Below are positions 18,405 to 28,439 of a DNA stretch of 64,000 bases, in pieces (positions within the stretch are counted from its first letter, which is position 1; each line of letters opens with the position of its first letter). A program made the translations under genes and the position numbers. This stretch comes from Shigella phage SHFML-26: sequence record KX130862; one strand, given 5' to 3'. Below the pieces are notes generated by a model. It saw only the letters and a list, made by a program, of their open reading frames with translations, searched no databases and was not told where the DNA came from.

Positions 18405-18590
18405 TTAAAGCGTATTCACATAAGCTATTAATTCGTTTTCTTTCTTATCAAACCGATCAGCAAATTCTTCTTGCTGATCGGGAGATAGCGGGCCGTATTC
18501 ATCATAAAAGGTGTTTGCTTCTGTATGCTCATCTAGAAGTTCATGGATAAGCTCAAACAATTTATCTTTTTGTTCTTTACTCAGACTCAT
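18405..18590 (-). CDS. hypothetical small acidic protein
   Basis: 61-aa ORF. Confidence 0.45.
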   Translation of the reverse strand: MSLSKEQKDKLFELIHELLDEHTEANTFYDEYGPLSPDQQEEFADRFDKKENELIAYVNTL

Positions 18591-18756
18591 ATATTAATTT
18601 CCAGGAGTTTTAAAATAATTCGCTTTTGCTTAAATATTTCCATAGTTAAATGACCAGTATCTTTTTGACCGATTCCAATGGCAAAACCTTTATTGACAGC
18701 GAGTTCAATTAAATTATCAAGCTCACGTAACACTTCATATTGTAACTCAAAACTAT

Positions 18757-18963
18757 TCATTTTGGTTTACCTTCTTTAACGAAATCAGGATAAGGATAAA
18801 ATCCTGAATAAAATCCTTCACCTTTATGATTGATGCATCCTTTATTAGAACAATAGCACCAATAATCGAAATCACAAGCCATTTCATCATTACATAAAGC
18901 AAAAACAATCGGCCATTCACACTTTTCGCAGTGGGCATTTTTAAGAATACTAGTTTGGCTCAT
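18757..18963 (-). CDS. cysteine-rich small protein
   Basis: Multiple Cys pairs (CEKCEW...CND...CDFDYWCYC...GC); start taken at MSQTS to abut upstream gene. Confidence 0.45.
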   Translation of the reverse strand: MSQTSILKNAHCEKCEWPIVFALCNDEMACDFDYWCYCSNKGCINHKGEGFYSGFYPYPDFVKEGKPK

Positions 18964-19172
18964 AACCATGTAACCTTTAAACAATATTCTTCTACATGTT
19001 GTTTACGACCTTTCCTATCAATAAAGGTATATTCAACGAATGTTCCAATATAGTCTTTATCTACATCATGTGGACTATTAATTGGGCATTTAGTACGGCA
19101 AATGCGTTCCCATTGACGAATAATTTCCACTTTGTTTTTAGGATCAAACGGATGCGGGTAATGTACTTTCAT
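18960..19172 (-). CDS. hypothetical protein
   Basis: 70-aa ORF. Confidence 0.45.
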   Translation of the reverse strand: MKVHYPHPFDPKNKVEIIRQWERICRTKCPINSPHDVDKDYIGTFVEYTFIDRKGRKQHVEEYCLKVTWL

Positions 19173-19623
19173 AATCCACCACTATTAAATCAATATCAGG
19201 AGTAAACATGTCGATTAATTTAGAAACCTTATCCCAATCGCCGCCAGCAATACCGCAACCTATGCGTGGAATGTAAATTACTGGTTTAAACAAAAGGGTT
19301 TCTGCCTGTAGATTTAATTCTATCATGCAGTTTACTAAAGCACCATAATCAAGATTAGGACCCGGTTCGTATTGTGTATACAGGTTATAGCATATACCAA
19401 ATCCCGTAGGACTATGTTTAAAAACAATAGACATATCGCCTAATTTATCACGAGAACCGTACTCGGTAGTGGTTTTATCTATTTCTAAAATTTTGGGATA
19501 GGCTCTTGCTAATTGACCTGCTACGCCAGAGCCCATTGTGTGGAAGCAATTGCACCCGTGCGCAATAATATTACCTTGAAGAAATAGGGCGACAATATCG
19601 CCCTTGATATATTTTACAATCAT
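19144..19623 (-). CDS. macrodomain protein (ADP-ribose binding/processing)
   Basis: Gly-rich loops MGSGVAGQLARAYP and IGCGIAGGDWDKV typical of macro domains; 159 aa. Confidence 0.65.
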   Translation of the reverse strand: MIVKYIKGDIVALFLQGNIIAHGCNCFHTMGSGVAGQLARAYPKILEIDKTTTEYGSRDKLGDMSIVFKHSPTGFGICYNLYTQYEPGPNLDYGALVNCMIELNLQAETLLFKPVIYIPRIGCGIAGGDWDKVSKLIDMFTPDIDLIVVDYESTLPASV

Positions 19624-19961
19624 CTAGTACTCAATCCTCGATTATAAGAATCTACTAAACGGTCAACCATTGAATGACAAGCGGCTTTATCTTTCTCCTC
19701 CGCAACTGAACATTCTAAGGTATTCCACTTTTTAGCATATCGTTTTAACAATGTATCATTTTTGTATCTGCTTGATTTATCTCTTTCTCCGTCTTTATAT
19801 GCATATATTAATTTCTGCGCAAATTCAGCTTGGCATGCTTTATTTTTCCCGCAATAATCCGCTGCAGTACGGTTTACATACTCTCTAATTTCAGTATATG
19901 ATGTATCTGCTAACGCAGAAAATGAAATTAATCCTATACATAAAACCAAAATTTTAGTCAT
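19620..19961 (-). CDS. secreted/periplasmic hypothetical protein
   Basis: N-terminal signal peptide MTKILVLCIGLISFSALA. Confidence 0.5.
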   Translation of the reverse strand: MTKILVLCIGLISFSALADTSYTEIREYVNRTAADYCGKNKACQAEFAQKLIYAYKDGERDKSSRYKNDTLLKRYAKKWNTLECSVAEEKDKAACHSMVDRLVDSYNRGLSTR

Positions 19962-20328
19962 TTACTATTTCCAAAAGTTTATTATTTTTAAGGTAATTAG
20001 CCTTTTCTAGGACTTCAGAAGCATATTTAGAACCTGCTTTAACATTCCATCCCGAATTATAAGAGGATATTGCTTTTCTTATATCGCCCTTATGTATATT
20101 TAACCAATAAGAAAGTTCAATGTACGCCCAGGAAGCTGAATTGGACCGTTTATTCAACATTCTTTTTATTTCAGCATCGGTCATATTATAACCAAGTTCC
20201 TTGACTCTCGCTCGCATAGTAGGCAAATAATTTTGGAACATTCCATAGGCATGATGCTTTGGTTTAGATTTTAAATTAACTCCGGCAGAGCTTTCTTGCC
20301 ACAAAATAGCAGCCATTATATGACCCAA
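19954..20328 (-). CDS. lytic transglycosylase (SLT) domain protein, possibly 3' part of a frame-shifted gene
   Basis: WQESS catalytic motif, GMFQ, SYNSGWN; frame open upstream across the overlap with 20316-20498. Confidence 0.6.
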   Translation of the reverse strand: MGHIMAAILWQESSAGVNLKSKPKHHAYGMFQNYLPTMRARVKELGYNMTDAEIKRMLNKRSNSASWAYIELSYWLNIHKGDIRKAISSYNSGWNVKAGSKYASEVLEKANYLKNNKLLEIVND

Positions 20329-20498
20329 TCCGCTCTTATGGATGTTTTTGTGTGTTTTATATTTTCCATCCTTAGAAAATTGTTCCCGAATTGATACGCG
20401 TAACGCATGTTATCGAGTTGGACATTACTGAAAGTATGCTCGGAGCTATGTGCCATCATTGAAATGGCCAATAGACCAGCGAGTAGTGCTTTTCTCAT
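20316..20498 (-). CDS. signal-peptide ORF, possibly 5' part of the SLT gene
   Basis: MRKALLAGLLAISMMAHS signal peptide; overlaps SLT ORF in another frame. Confidence 0.4.
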   Translation of the reverse strand: MRKALLAGLLAISMMAHSSEHTFSNVQLDNMRYAYQFGNNFLRMENIKHTKTSIRADWVI

Positions 20499-20505
20499 GC
20501 TTACC

Positions 20506-20967
20506 TCATTGAGTTTTAATTACTGCTTTAGAAGCCTTTCCTGGTAAACGACGACTGTTGATAATTGCCATCCTGCATTGAAGTGACGGGTTTTTGAACT
20601 TCTCATTAGGCTTACAAACCGTAAATCCAAGCCAAAGATTTCCATCTGTGATTTCTAAACGTCCAGGACGATATTCAACCCCATCAATAAAATCCTCGTC
20701 AATGTCAGGACGCGGAGGCATACTCAGGAATTCATTAACTTCTAAAACATGGTCTTTTATTTTATGGAATAATTCAAAAACATATGTCTCATCAATCTCC
20801 CGTTGAATTGCACGATCAAGAAGATGTTGAGAATATTTTAGATGAAACGATGAGACTCCTGCTGCTTTTGATGCCTCACGAATCTCATTGTTAATTTGAC
20901 GAAACTCCGACTCAAAATGACGACGAAGCTTATTTCGACGGATAAAAACTTCTGTATTGATAGTCAT
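20506..20967 (-). CDS. regB: RegB site-specific endoribonuclease
   Basis: 153 aa; T4 RegB size and position. Confidence 0.75.
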   Translation of the reverse strand: MTINTEVFIRRNKLRRHFESEFRQINNEIREASKAAGVSSFHLKYSQHLLDRAIQREIDETYVFELFHKIKDHVLEVNEFLSMPPRPDIDEDFIDGVEYRPGRLEITDGNLWLGFTVCKPNEKFKNPSLQCRMAIINSRRLPGKASKAVIKTQ

Positions 20968-20989
20968 GTTGTTCTCCTCTTAACTGATA

Positions 20990-21045
20990 GAAAAATTATA
21001 CCACAGTCAAGAGGAAAAGTAAACAGTTATTCTTTAAATCTAATC
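20990..21045 (-). promoter_or_regulatory. T4 early-type promoter
   Basis: Minus strand GTTTACTTTTCCTCTTGACTGTGGTATAAT. Confidence 0.5.
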
Positions 21046-21305
21046 AATTTATTCATAGACTTTGAAACTTCTGCACGAACCTCATGTAGATTTTTGAGCT
21101 GTTCAAGACGCTGCGTATAGTAAGCAATTTCATCTTCTTCGAGACAGTCCTGTGAATCTTCTTTAAGATAACGTGCATAGTCCTGGAAAGCGTTACGGAC
21201 TACTTCCTGGAAATCATCAAGACTTTGAATTTTCTTAGGAGCAACAGATACACGACGAGGGGCAGTATAATACTCATAACCAAACCCTGCGCTTAATTGA
21301 GCCAT
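21027..21305 (-). CDS. hypothetical protein (vs.3 position)
   Basis: Start at [10 protein letters not shown]. Confidence 0.45.
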   Translation of the reverse strand: MAQLSAGFGYEYYTAPRRVSVAPKKIQSLDDFQEVVRNAFQDYARYLKEDSQDCLEEDEIAYYTQRLEQLKNLHEVRAEVSKSMNKLIRFKE

Positions 21306-21571
21306 TAGTATTTTTCCTCTGGTTGGAACACTGCACGACAAGCCCACATACTGGATTCTTTGAGTTTCGTTTTAGCAATAGTTAACTGATCGAGGCTTTC
21401 GGCGTAATTCTTCGCGAGTTCATCATCTTCACAGCTATCAAATGCTTCCCAAAATTCATCGTATAAAGCATCAAAGATAAGTCCTAAACGAACTTCAGCG
21501 TCTTTAATAGCATTTACTTTACCGATTTTTTCGTCGGTATGTGGCTTATAACCTTTAATATCTTCAATCAT
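21305..21571 (-). CDS. hypothetical small protein at the T4 vs.4 position; candidate Acb2-like cyclic-oligonucleotide sponge (by synteny only)
   Basis: About 88 aa from MIEDIKGYK; second gene upstream of regB. Confidence 0.45.
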   Translation of the reverse strand: MIEDIKGYKPHTDEKIGKVNAIKDAEVRLGLIFDALYDEFWEAFDSCEDDELAKNYAESLDQLTIAKTKLKESSMWACRAVFQPEEKY

Positions 21572-21785
21572 ATTTGACTTCCTCACCAGTACATAAATCG
21601 TATTCAACTAAACGAATAGGTTCATGAATGCCATATCCCTGAACAGAAATTTCTGTAGTAGGATAAATTCCATTAATATCACCCATGTTCCATGCTTCGT
21701 TAAATTGCTGTTCGCCTGAATTACTAAACCATTCGGCGAAAGCATTTAGCACATCTTCAGAACCTTCAATAATTATCTTTGCCAT
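21564..21785 (-). CDS. hypothetical small acidic protein
   Basis: 73-aa ORF. Confidence 0.45.
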   Translation of the reverse strand: MAKIIIEGSEDVLNAFAEWFSNSGEQQFNEAWNMGDINGIYPTTEISVQGYGIHEPIRLVEYDLCTGEEVKYD

Positions 21786-22147
21786 TACAAACTCTCGGTA
21801 AAGGTACGAGCGATAACATCGCGCTGCTGTTCCGGAGTCAGAGAGTTAAAGCGAACTGCATAACCGGATACACGGATGGTCAGCTGCGGATATTTTTCCG
21901 GATGCTTAACTGCATCTTCCAGAGTTTCACGACGCAGAACGTTAACGTTCAGGTGTTGACCACCTTCAATTTTAACTGTAGGCTGTTGCTCAATTTCAAT
22001 TTCACGGGCATGCAAACCGTAGAAAATTTCTGGGTCTACAAAAGAGTCCTCTTTAAAGGTTTTAGAGACAATAATTCGTGCTTGAATACCATCTTCAAAA
22101 TAAATAGTACCTTTATGTGTGCCTTCAAGAATTTGATATGCTTTCAT
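21785..22147 (-). CDS. autonomous glycyl-radical cofactor (GrcA/YfiD-like; T4 Y06I-like)
   Basis: C-terminal [29 protein letters not shown] glycyl-radical motif; 3' half visibly GC-richer than flanks. Confidence 0.85.
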   Translation of the reverse strand: MKAYQILEGTHKGTIYFEDGIQARIIVSKTFKEDSFVDPEIFYGLHAREIEIEQQPTVKIEGGQHLNVNVLRRETLEDAVKHPEKYPQLTIRVSGYAVRFNSLTPEQQRDVIARTFTESL

Positions 22148-22154
22148 ATAAACC

Positions 22155-22484
22155 TCAATTAGAAAATAAATTTATCCAAGATTGTTCTTTAATTAAAAAC
22201 GGCTCAGAATCATATGCCATTAAACTTTGCGTAATTAATCCTTTAAAAGGTCCATCAATAAATTCCATGGTAAAATATGGAATTTTATTCATTAGCCGTG
22301 CATTAGGAGCAGTGCACAAAACTCTGCATCCTTTGAATACGCCTTTTTGTAATTTGTATTGCTTAGGATAAAATTCGCTTAAAATGTTATTTTTTGCCAA
22401 AATTTCAAAATGATTCACCAATTTATTTTTAATAGTTTTTGGCGAAAAATAAAGATATTCGAAAAGCTGAGTGTCTGTCATCAT
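22155..22484 (-). CDS. hypothetical protein
   Basis: Start at [10 protein letters not shown]. Confidence 0.45.
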   Translation of the reverse strand: MMTDTQLFEYLYFSPKTIKNKLVNHFEILAKNNILSEFYPKQYKLQKGVFKGCRVLCTAPNARLMNKIPYFTMEFIDGPFKGLITQSLMAYDSEPFLIKEQSWINLFSN

Positions 22485-23068
22485 TGCATTCCGATTACGA
22501 AAAACTGCGGACGAGTAATACCACCAATGCAACATTTACTATTACAGCAGTGTTGCACAGTTTCAATATGAATATCGTAAATTTTATCCATATCAGGAGA
22601 TTTAACAGGCTCATCGATTATATACAAAATTCGCGAAAGAGATAAACCTCTGAACTTGCTTCCTTTATTACCGATAAAACTACGGACAGAATCAGTAAAT
22701 AAGCGGAATCGAATATCATCACTAGAATAACGAGAAAATTCTTTTTTAATGTGGCCTGCAGAAATTTTAGCGTAAGCTGAAGTATTAGAAAGAACAATAA
22801 CTGTTCCACCGTCATACAGCCAATTAGCAGCAAAGTTAGTCACAGCAGTTGATTTACCAGATTGGCGTCCACCATCTAGTCGAAGTGTACAATATTGTTT
22901 AAGCAAGTCTTCAAATGGTGGGGTATAATCGTTTTTACAAATTTCTTCTACTCTAGCATCAGAATGGTGTGTAAAAGCATTCATCAGGGATAGATAAGGA
23001 CCAGTTAAAAATGTTCTCATTTTATTCTCTCTAAATTTGGGCCATTCCATGGCACATGAATTGTCCAT
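22481..23068 (-). CDS. P-loop NTPase-like protein
   Basis: GGRQSGKST Walker A-like motif. Confidence 0.5.
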   Translation of the reverse strand: MDNSCAMEWPKFRENKMRTFLTGPYLSLMNAFTHHSDARVEEICKNDYTPPFEDLLKQYCTLRLDGGRQSGKSTAVTNFAANWLYDGGTVIVLSNTSAYAKISAGHIKKEFSRYSSDDIRFRLFTDSVRSFIGNKGSKFRGLSLSRILYIIDEPVKSPDMDKIYDIHIETVQHCCNSKCCIGGITRPQFFVIGMQ

Positions 23069-23173
23069 TTCTGTATTTACCTATTACCGCACTTGGGCTC
23101 GACCTTATTACAGGTTGGCGGGAATCCCTCATAGAATCATGAGGTCCAGCTTGTTCCCATATTTCTTATTTGC

Positions 23174-23647
23174 TTATTTGAATGATTTGACGTACTGAAT
23201 AGAGCCTTTGCTATTCACGAAAGCGATTTTACCATTTTTATTATACATGGTAGCATTACGCTGATAACCATAAGTTTGTTTACCAGATTGATAACCAACT
23301 AATGCAAAATTATCTTCACCCATTTTATTCTGTTTAGCGCGAATGCGTTCATGACCATGTGCCATAAGAACCTTAGCATCACCAGTTGCAATGGATCGAC
23401 GAGTTTTTTCATCTTCAACTGTATTAACAAAGTCGTCAAATGAATCAAATTTAGCATGAGATTTATTATACAATTTTCCATCTACTGCATAATTATATCC
23501 CTGTACATCCATCTCAACTTCTGTACCATCATCCAATACAGCAGTAATTTTTTGACCTTTTTTAAATTTCAAAAGATCAGTAAAAGATTCAGCAATAATT
23601 TGAGAATTAATAGCTGCTTCAGTGATAAATTCTTGATATGTTTTCAT
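23174..23647 (-). CDS. capsid internal protein (IPII/IPIII-like) with capsid-targeting sequence
   Basis: N-terminal MKTYQEFITEAAINSQIIAE with I-x-E gp21 cleavage motifs; 157 aa. Confidence 0.75.
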   Translation of the reverse strand: MKTYQEFITEAAINSQIIAESFTDLLKFKKGQKITAVLDDGTEVEMDVQGYNYAVDGKLYNKSHAKFDSFDDFVNTVEDEKTRRSIATGDAKVLMAHGHERIRAKQNKMGEDNFALVGYQSGKQTYGYQRNATMYNKNGKIAFVNSKGSIQYVKSFK

Positions 23648-23656
23648 GGGTTTCCT

Positions 23657-24073
23657 TTAAATGTAAATATTTTTACCGTAATACTTATACCAATGTGGTT
23701 TCATTAAAATTTTTTCATCAAGTCGTTGTTGACTCAATTTAATAGCTGATTTGCATGGATTATAATCATTTTTCCATTCTACTGGAATATCGCTGATGTC
23801 AGGAACTTCAGTATCTTTTATACTGAACCTGCGTTTTAAGCATTCCGTTATAATGTCTGATTGACGCTTTCGCAAAAATTCTAACTTATCGTAAAAGAAC
23901 GTAACATGACCAGAACCTAAAATAAACTTGGAAGATATTTTAAAATCTTTAACCCGTTTACCATTTGCCACATGTTTACGAACTATACCAAAAACACGTG
24001 GCAATTCACGGTATTCTGCGATTAAATGTTGATCAGCAAGTTCAGATACTAAAGTCAAATTAATACGAGTCAT
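23657..24073 (-). CDS. denV: endonuclease V (pyrimidine dimer DNA glycosylase)
   Basis: 138 aa, [17 protein letters not shown]...EYRELPRVF; diverged from T4 DenV. Confidence 0.85.
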   Translation of the reverse strand: MTRINLTLVSELADQHLIAEYRELPRVFGIVRKHVANGKRVKDFKISSKFILGSGHVTFFYDKLEFLRKRQSDIITECLKRRFSIKDTEVPDISDIPVEWKNDYNPCKSAIKLSQQRLDEKILMKPHWYKYYGKNIYI

Positions 24074-24074
24074 T

Positions 24075-24130
24075 TTATCCCTCCAAGTAACTGTGAATAT
24101 ACTATCACAATTCTAGGAGAAAGTAAACAA
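24075..24130 (-). promoter_or_regulatory. early-type promoter-like motif
   Basis: Minus strand GTTTAC...TGTGATAGTATATT. Confidence 0.35.
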
Positions 24131-24132
24131 CT

Positions 24133-24663
<531 letters not shown>

Positions 24664-25119
24664 TTAAAAGAGGCTGTTCATTATTCGGTAAAGTGAAGGA
24701 CCCATCACATATTGCCACTGAGTACGAGGAATAAGAGCAAAAGCATCCATCTCTGGAATCATAACGCCATCTTTATTTTCAAAATAAGACTCGCAGCGGC
24801 AATTTCTAAACATCTCATGCTCTACTGGAATCGTATAGTAAAATAGCTGTAAGTCTTTATTACTAGAATATTTAAATACACCTAGGTCTTCTAGAAGGTC
24901 TGGATTATAATTGCTAAAGCCAGTCTCTTCTAAACATTCTCTTCGTGCTGCATCTAGCGCGCTTAAATCAGAATTTTCTACACGGCCCTTTGGAATATCC
25001 CAGCGATGGGCCATCATTCCAGGCTTACGAGAACCGGTAACCCGACCCATAAATAAATCTTTATCTTCTGTCATAAAGATAATACCAGCTGATAATGTTT
25101 TCATTTTAATTTCCTGCAT
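24664..25119 (-). CDS. nudE: Nudix hydrolase
   Basis: Nudix box GRVENSDLSALDAARRECLEETGF; 151 aa. Confidence 0.8.
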   Translation of the reverse strand: MQEIKMKTLSAGIIFMTEDKDLFMGRVTGSRKPGMMAHRWDIPKGRVENSDLSALDAARRECLEETGFSNYNPDLLEDLGVFKYSSNKDLQLFYYTIPVEHEMFRNCRCESYFENKDGVMIPEMDAFALIPRTQWQYVMGPSLYRIMNSLF

Positions 25120-25589
25120 TCAGTGATAAAGTTATTTAAATTTTGAGTATATTTCTTTTCATCAAAAATCTTTTGTTGTCTGCGTAGCCGCCATGGCATT
25201 TCAATGAACATACGCCATATTCCTGATAATACTGCTGCTGTAAAAATATTAACAAGTATAGTTAAAAGAACCCAATCTCCTATTCTGTCCATTGGATTTT
25301 TTATAAAAAAGTAAAATACGAACGATGATATAGGAAGACTAATGATATACCACAGAAGAACCTTCTTATCTGTGAACCAATCAGCATTCGTTAACTTAGC
25401 GCGACCGTTTTGAATACATACGAACTTATCATCTGTTACAGTAAATGGCTTAGCTGCTTGATATCCCATTCTAAACTCCCTAATCAACAAATTTTTCATA
25501 TCTTCGGAACAACCATTCCAGTCAACTCTATCAACTGAAATGCCATCATCCCCATCATCTAAATCATACCAGCGAGTTTTTAAAATCAT
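25101..25589 (-). CDS. membrane protein
   Basis: Central hydrophobic helices. Confidence 0.5.
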   Translation of the reverse strand: MILKTRWYDLDDGDDGISVDRVDWNGCSEDMKNLLIREFRMGYQAAKPFTVTDDKFVCIQNGRAKLTNADWFTDKKVLLWYIISLPISSFVFYFFIKNPMDRIGDWVLLTILVNIFTAAVLSGIWRMFIEMPWRLRRQQKIFDEKKYTQNLNNFITECRKLK

Positions 25590-25665
25590 TTAATTTTCCT
25601 ACAATCACTCACAAACTCTTCCATTGATTCTTTTTCAATATAAGACATGTAGCTATTATATTCCT

Positions 25666-25947
25666 TTAATTGTATTTTGTAATCTTTTTTCTTTGCCAAT
25701 TTATTTTAAAATTATCATAATGAAAATATAATATGGTACCAAAGAATGAAAACAATGAAATAATTTTAGTATAGCGAAGTTCACTCCAAACTTCTATTAT
25801 ATTTACTGTGCCGTCAATGTTTAAAATAAGACAGTCAATTAACAATCCAAAAAGACTACCCGCAAGAGCTGCAGCCAACGCCACAGCAAAAATTAAAAAT
25901 GACTCAGGAAGCGAATATTTGACTTTATTTAGTTTTGGCTTTTGCAT
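25666..25947 (-). CDS. small membrane protein
   Basis: Two hydrophobic segments. Confidence 0.5.
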   Translation of the reverse strand: MQKPKLNKVKYSLPESFLIFAVALAAALAGSLFGLLIDCLILNIDGTVNIIEVWSELRYTKIISLFSFFGTILYFHYDNFKINWQRKKITKYN

Positions 25948-26342
25948 CGTGATTCCTTAACAAATTTCATAATTTCATCAAATTCATACGCAGCAAGTTT
26001 AAGCTGATGTTCCTTTTTAATCTTTTTACACTGTGCTTTCCAATCACGTACGCGTTTACGATAATGCCTTCCTTGATACCAGTATCCTATCCAATTTACA
26101 GGTACTAATAAAAGCGGAACTACCAATGGAAGAATTAGTGTTGACGCAAATATTACATTAGATTCAATATTAGTCATAACATCTATAATTATTCCAACCC
26201 CCAGTAGAATTACAAATGATACAGCTATTACAGGACCTATTAATACATCAGTAGAAATTAGCTGGCGCTTTAATTCATACTTTAAGGGTTTACTTGGAAG
26301 ATACATTGATGGCTTTGACATATTCTCTACATTCCTTAACAA
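25929..26342 (-). CDS. membrane protein
   Basis: Multiple hydrophobic helices. Confidence 0.5.
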   Translation of the reverse strand: MLRNVENMSKPSMYLPSKPLKYELKRQLISTDVLIGPVIAVSFVILLGVGIIIDVMTNIESNVIFASTLILPLVVPLLLVPVNWIGYWYQGRHYRKRVRDWKAQCKKIKKEHQLKLAAYEFDEIMKFVKESRCKSQN

Positions 26343-26904
26343 ATTTTTCTAGTAATAAATCACTTTCAAAATTAGGATTTTCCACTAATTTATCAAAAAG
26401 ATCATCAACAATATTCAAGATATTTCTTTTACTAAGAATACGTTTATTTTCATGCTTCGTTTCAGAATCAACTATAAGAGTAAAGAAATATTTCTTTCCC
26501 TGAAATTTTACTGTAGTATCAATATAGAATAAATTTGACTTTTGTAAGTTACGTTTAAACCATGCGTCACTTAAACTATAAACGCCAAGATAATCATAAT
26601 CGTCGTTTAAATAACAAACCGTCCATTCAGGAGAAATGAAATCAGTAAATTCAACATCAAAATCACACGTCAATGAATGAATTGATTCAATACTGTTAAT
26701 GAGTATTCCAGGACGTATTAAAGACTTTTTACCTCTAGAAAATCTTCCGGAAAGGCTTTCATCAGTTTCATATGAAGACCCCCAATAGTAATTACGTCCT
26801 TCTGCCATGCGTTTAAGAGCATTTAGTAATTGGTCTGGAACATCAACCTGTCTTTGGAACTCTTCAAACATTGAATTGAAATCACTTTGCATTTTCATTT
26901 TCAT
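26290..26904 (-). CDS. hypothetical protein
   Basis: 204-aa ORF. Confidence 0.5.
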   Translation of the reverse strand: MKMKMQSDFNSMFEEFQRQVDVPDQLLNALKRMAEGRNYYWGSSYETDESLSGRFSRGKKSLIRPGILINSIESIHSLTCDFDVEFTDFISPEWTVCYLNDDYDYLGVYSLSDAWFKRNLQKSNLFYIDTTVKFQGKKYFFTLIVDSETKHENKRILSKRNILNIVDDLFDKLVENPNFESDLLLEKFVKECREYVKAINVSSK

Positions 26905-26945
26905 TCCTATTTACTCCAAGTATAAGGGGCCGAAGCCCCTTATCA

Positions 26946-27539
26946 TTATTTCAGAGAATTAATATATTCCTGAACATCGGCAGAGGTAGTTTCAACCCCA
27001 GAAATATTACCATTAAAGGTTTCAACTCGAGCAAGAGTATCTTCAATATCAACCTTAGTCAGTGCTGCAATTTCAACTACATCATCAGCAGTACTAATTC
27101 CAAGGGCATTCGCTGCACGAGTTTCACGGATATATTCCAATTTAACCGCAAGTTCTTGGCGTGCATCATCCAATTCAACTACTTTCTTAGCGATTTCAAT
27201 TCGCATTTCAGCATAACCGTCAGCCTTAGTAGTCAACTGCTCAGCTGTTCGACGATATAGTAAACCGAGTTTAGCATGCATTGTTACATCTTGGCCTTCG
27301 GAAAGAAGTTTACGAATTTCACGCTCTTTTGATTCGGCCTGTCGATTCTTTTCGACAATAAGTTCACGAATACGTTTTTCTTCATTAATAGATTTAACAG
27401 AAGCAGTTTTTAGATCTTTAATTTTATCAAGTAGTTTTGCTGCTGCAGCAGTATACTGTTCTTCAACAGATAAATTTTTAGCCATAGCAGAACCAAGTTT
27501 AGTGCGAATAAACTCAACAATTTTCTTCAGTGTGTTCAT
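26946..27539 (-). CDS. coiled-coil protein (possibly PspA/IM30-like)
   Basis: Long heptad-rich helices throughout; family assignment tentative. Confidence 0.5.
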   Translation of the reverse strand: MNTLKKIVEFIRTKLGSAMAKNLSVEEQYTAAAAKLLDKIKDLKTASVKSINEEKRIRELIVEKNRQAESKEREIRKLLSEGQDVTMHAKLGLLYRRTAEQLTTKADGYAEMRIEIAKKVVELDDARQELAVKLEYIRETRAANALGISTADDVVEIAALTKVDIEDTLARVETFNGNISGVETTSADVQEYINSLK

Positions 27540-27640
27540 AGTATTTCCTTAGGTTAATTGAGATTTAAAATCCGTAGGAGTATAATACTCTATCGTCAAA
27601 TTATAGGCTCATAATATCTCAATCATGAGCCTGTGTAAAC

Positions 27641-27904
27641 TTATTTCATATTATTGAAATATTCTTCTGCGATTTCGTCGTTATCATGGTAAACTTTAGA
27701 AGACAGTTTAACATAACCTTCTGCTGTGAACATATTAATCACAACTTTTACAGTATACCACTGACCGTCTTCATTACCCATTACTGCGTAAGTTTCAAAC
27801 ATCGGATGATCAGGACCGATAACTTTAATATCATTCACTGTACGACCGAAATCTTCTGAAACGCATTTCATAAAGAAGTTGAACAGTTCGCCGTAATTAT
27901 CCAT
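27641..27904 (-). CDS. hypothetical protein
   Basis: Start taken at MDNYGELFNFF; longer ORF reads through promoter motif. Confidence 0.5.
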   Translation of the reverse strand: MDNYGELFNFFMKCVSEDFGRTVNDIKVIGPDHPMFETYAVMGNEDGQWYTVKVVINMFTAEGYVKLSSKVYHDNDEIAEEYFNNMK

Positions 27905-27929
27905 TTCATTCTCCAAGTTGTTTTCTGTA

Positions 27930-28000
27930 TCAGTAGTTGATAGTTGTATAGTACCATGGAAGAACAGAGATGTAAACAGTTTTGTGAAAAAATTTTTAGG
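27930..28000 (-). promoter_or_regulatory. T4 early-type promoter
   Basis: Plus strand GTAGTTGATAGTTGTATAGTACC...ATGTAAACAG...GTGAAAAAATTTTT. Confidence 0.5.
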
Positions 28001-28100
28001 GAATTCTAGGGCAGGGATGGGCAATTAAAGGATAGGATAATATATTATAAAGAGTAGAAACTAAATGATGTCTAGAGAGGCCCGGAAAGGCCTAGATACC

Positions 28101-28127
28101 AAAAAGCCCCAACCTTTCGGTCGGGGC
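28101..28127 (-). terminator. rho-independent terminator
   Basis: Minus strand GCCCCGACC-GAAA-GGTTGGGGC followed by TTTTT. Confidence 0.7.
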
Positions 28128-28171
28128 TAAGCCTTGCGGCAACCTTGTCGGGGTTCTACCTGCTAAGGCAA

Positions 28172-28439
28172 GTGTTTGTACGAAACGCCGGGATTCGAAC
28201 CCGGTTATTAAGCAGTTGACGCTACTCAATATTTTTAAAAGGCCATATCTCGACCATATCCGAACGTTCCGTCAAAAACGCTACTCGGCTTATGGCAAAG
28301 ATATTTCCTCGAATCGATAATTCGGTGCGCCGTTTCTGTTGTGATAGTAAAGAGCCAGAACATAGTAAAACTGTGGGAGGAACTATACTCCAGGGAACAT
28401 CAGTCCGACGACTTGCCGGTAGCGACCCGGCTTCTTGTC
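28172..28439 (-). ncRNA. stable small RNA region downstream of tRNA-Arg (T4 species 1/2, rnaC/rnaD-like) with tRNA-like T-arm
   Basis: About 270 nt non-coding; contains CCGGG-TTCGAAT-CCCGG T-arm-like element; terminator follows. Confidence 0.4.

Noticed and set aside
18753-18938. 61-aa hydrophobic ORF overlapping the Cys-rich ORF in another frame
   Set aside because: Only one of the two overlapping frames can be real; the Cys-rich frame gives a start abutting the upstream gene stop. Kept as an unresolved alternative rather than a feature.
23069-23173. Non-coding stretch with hairpin CCTCAT-AGAATC-ATGAGG and a GGATTCCCGCC element, considered as a tRNA or small RNA
   Set aside because: No cloverleaf can be folded; likely a 3' UTR hairpin or terminator of the internal protein gene.
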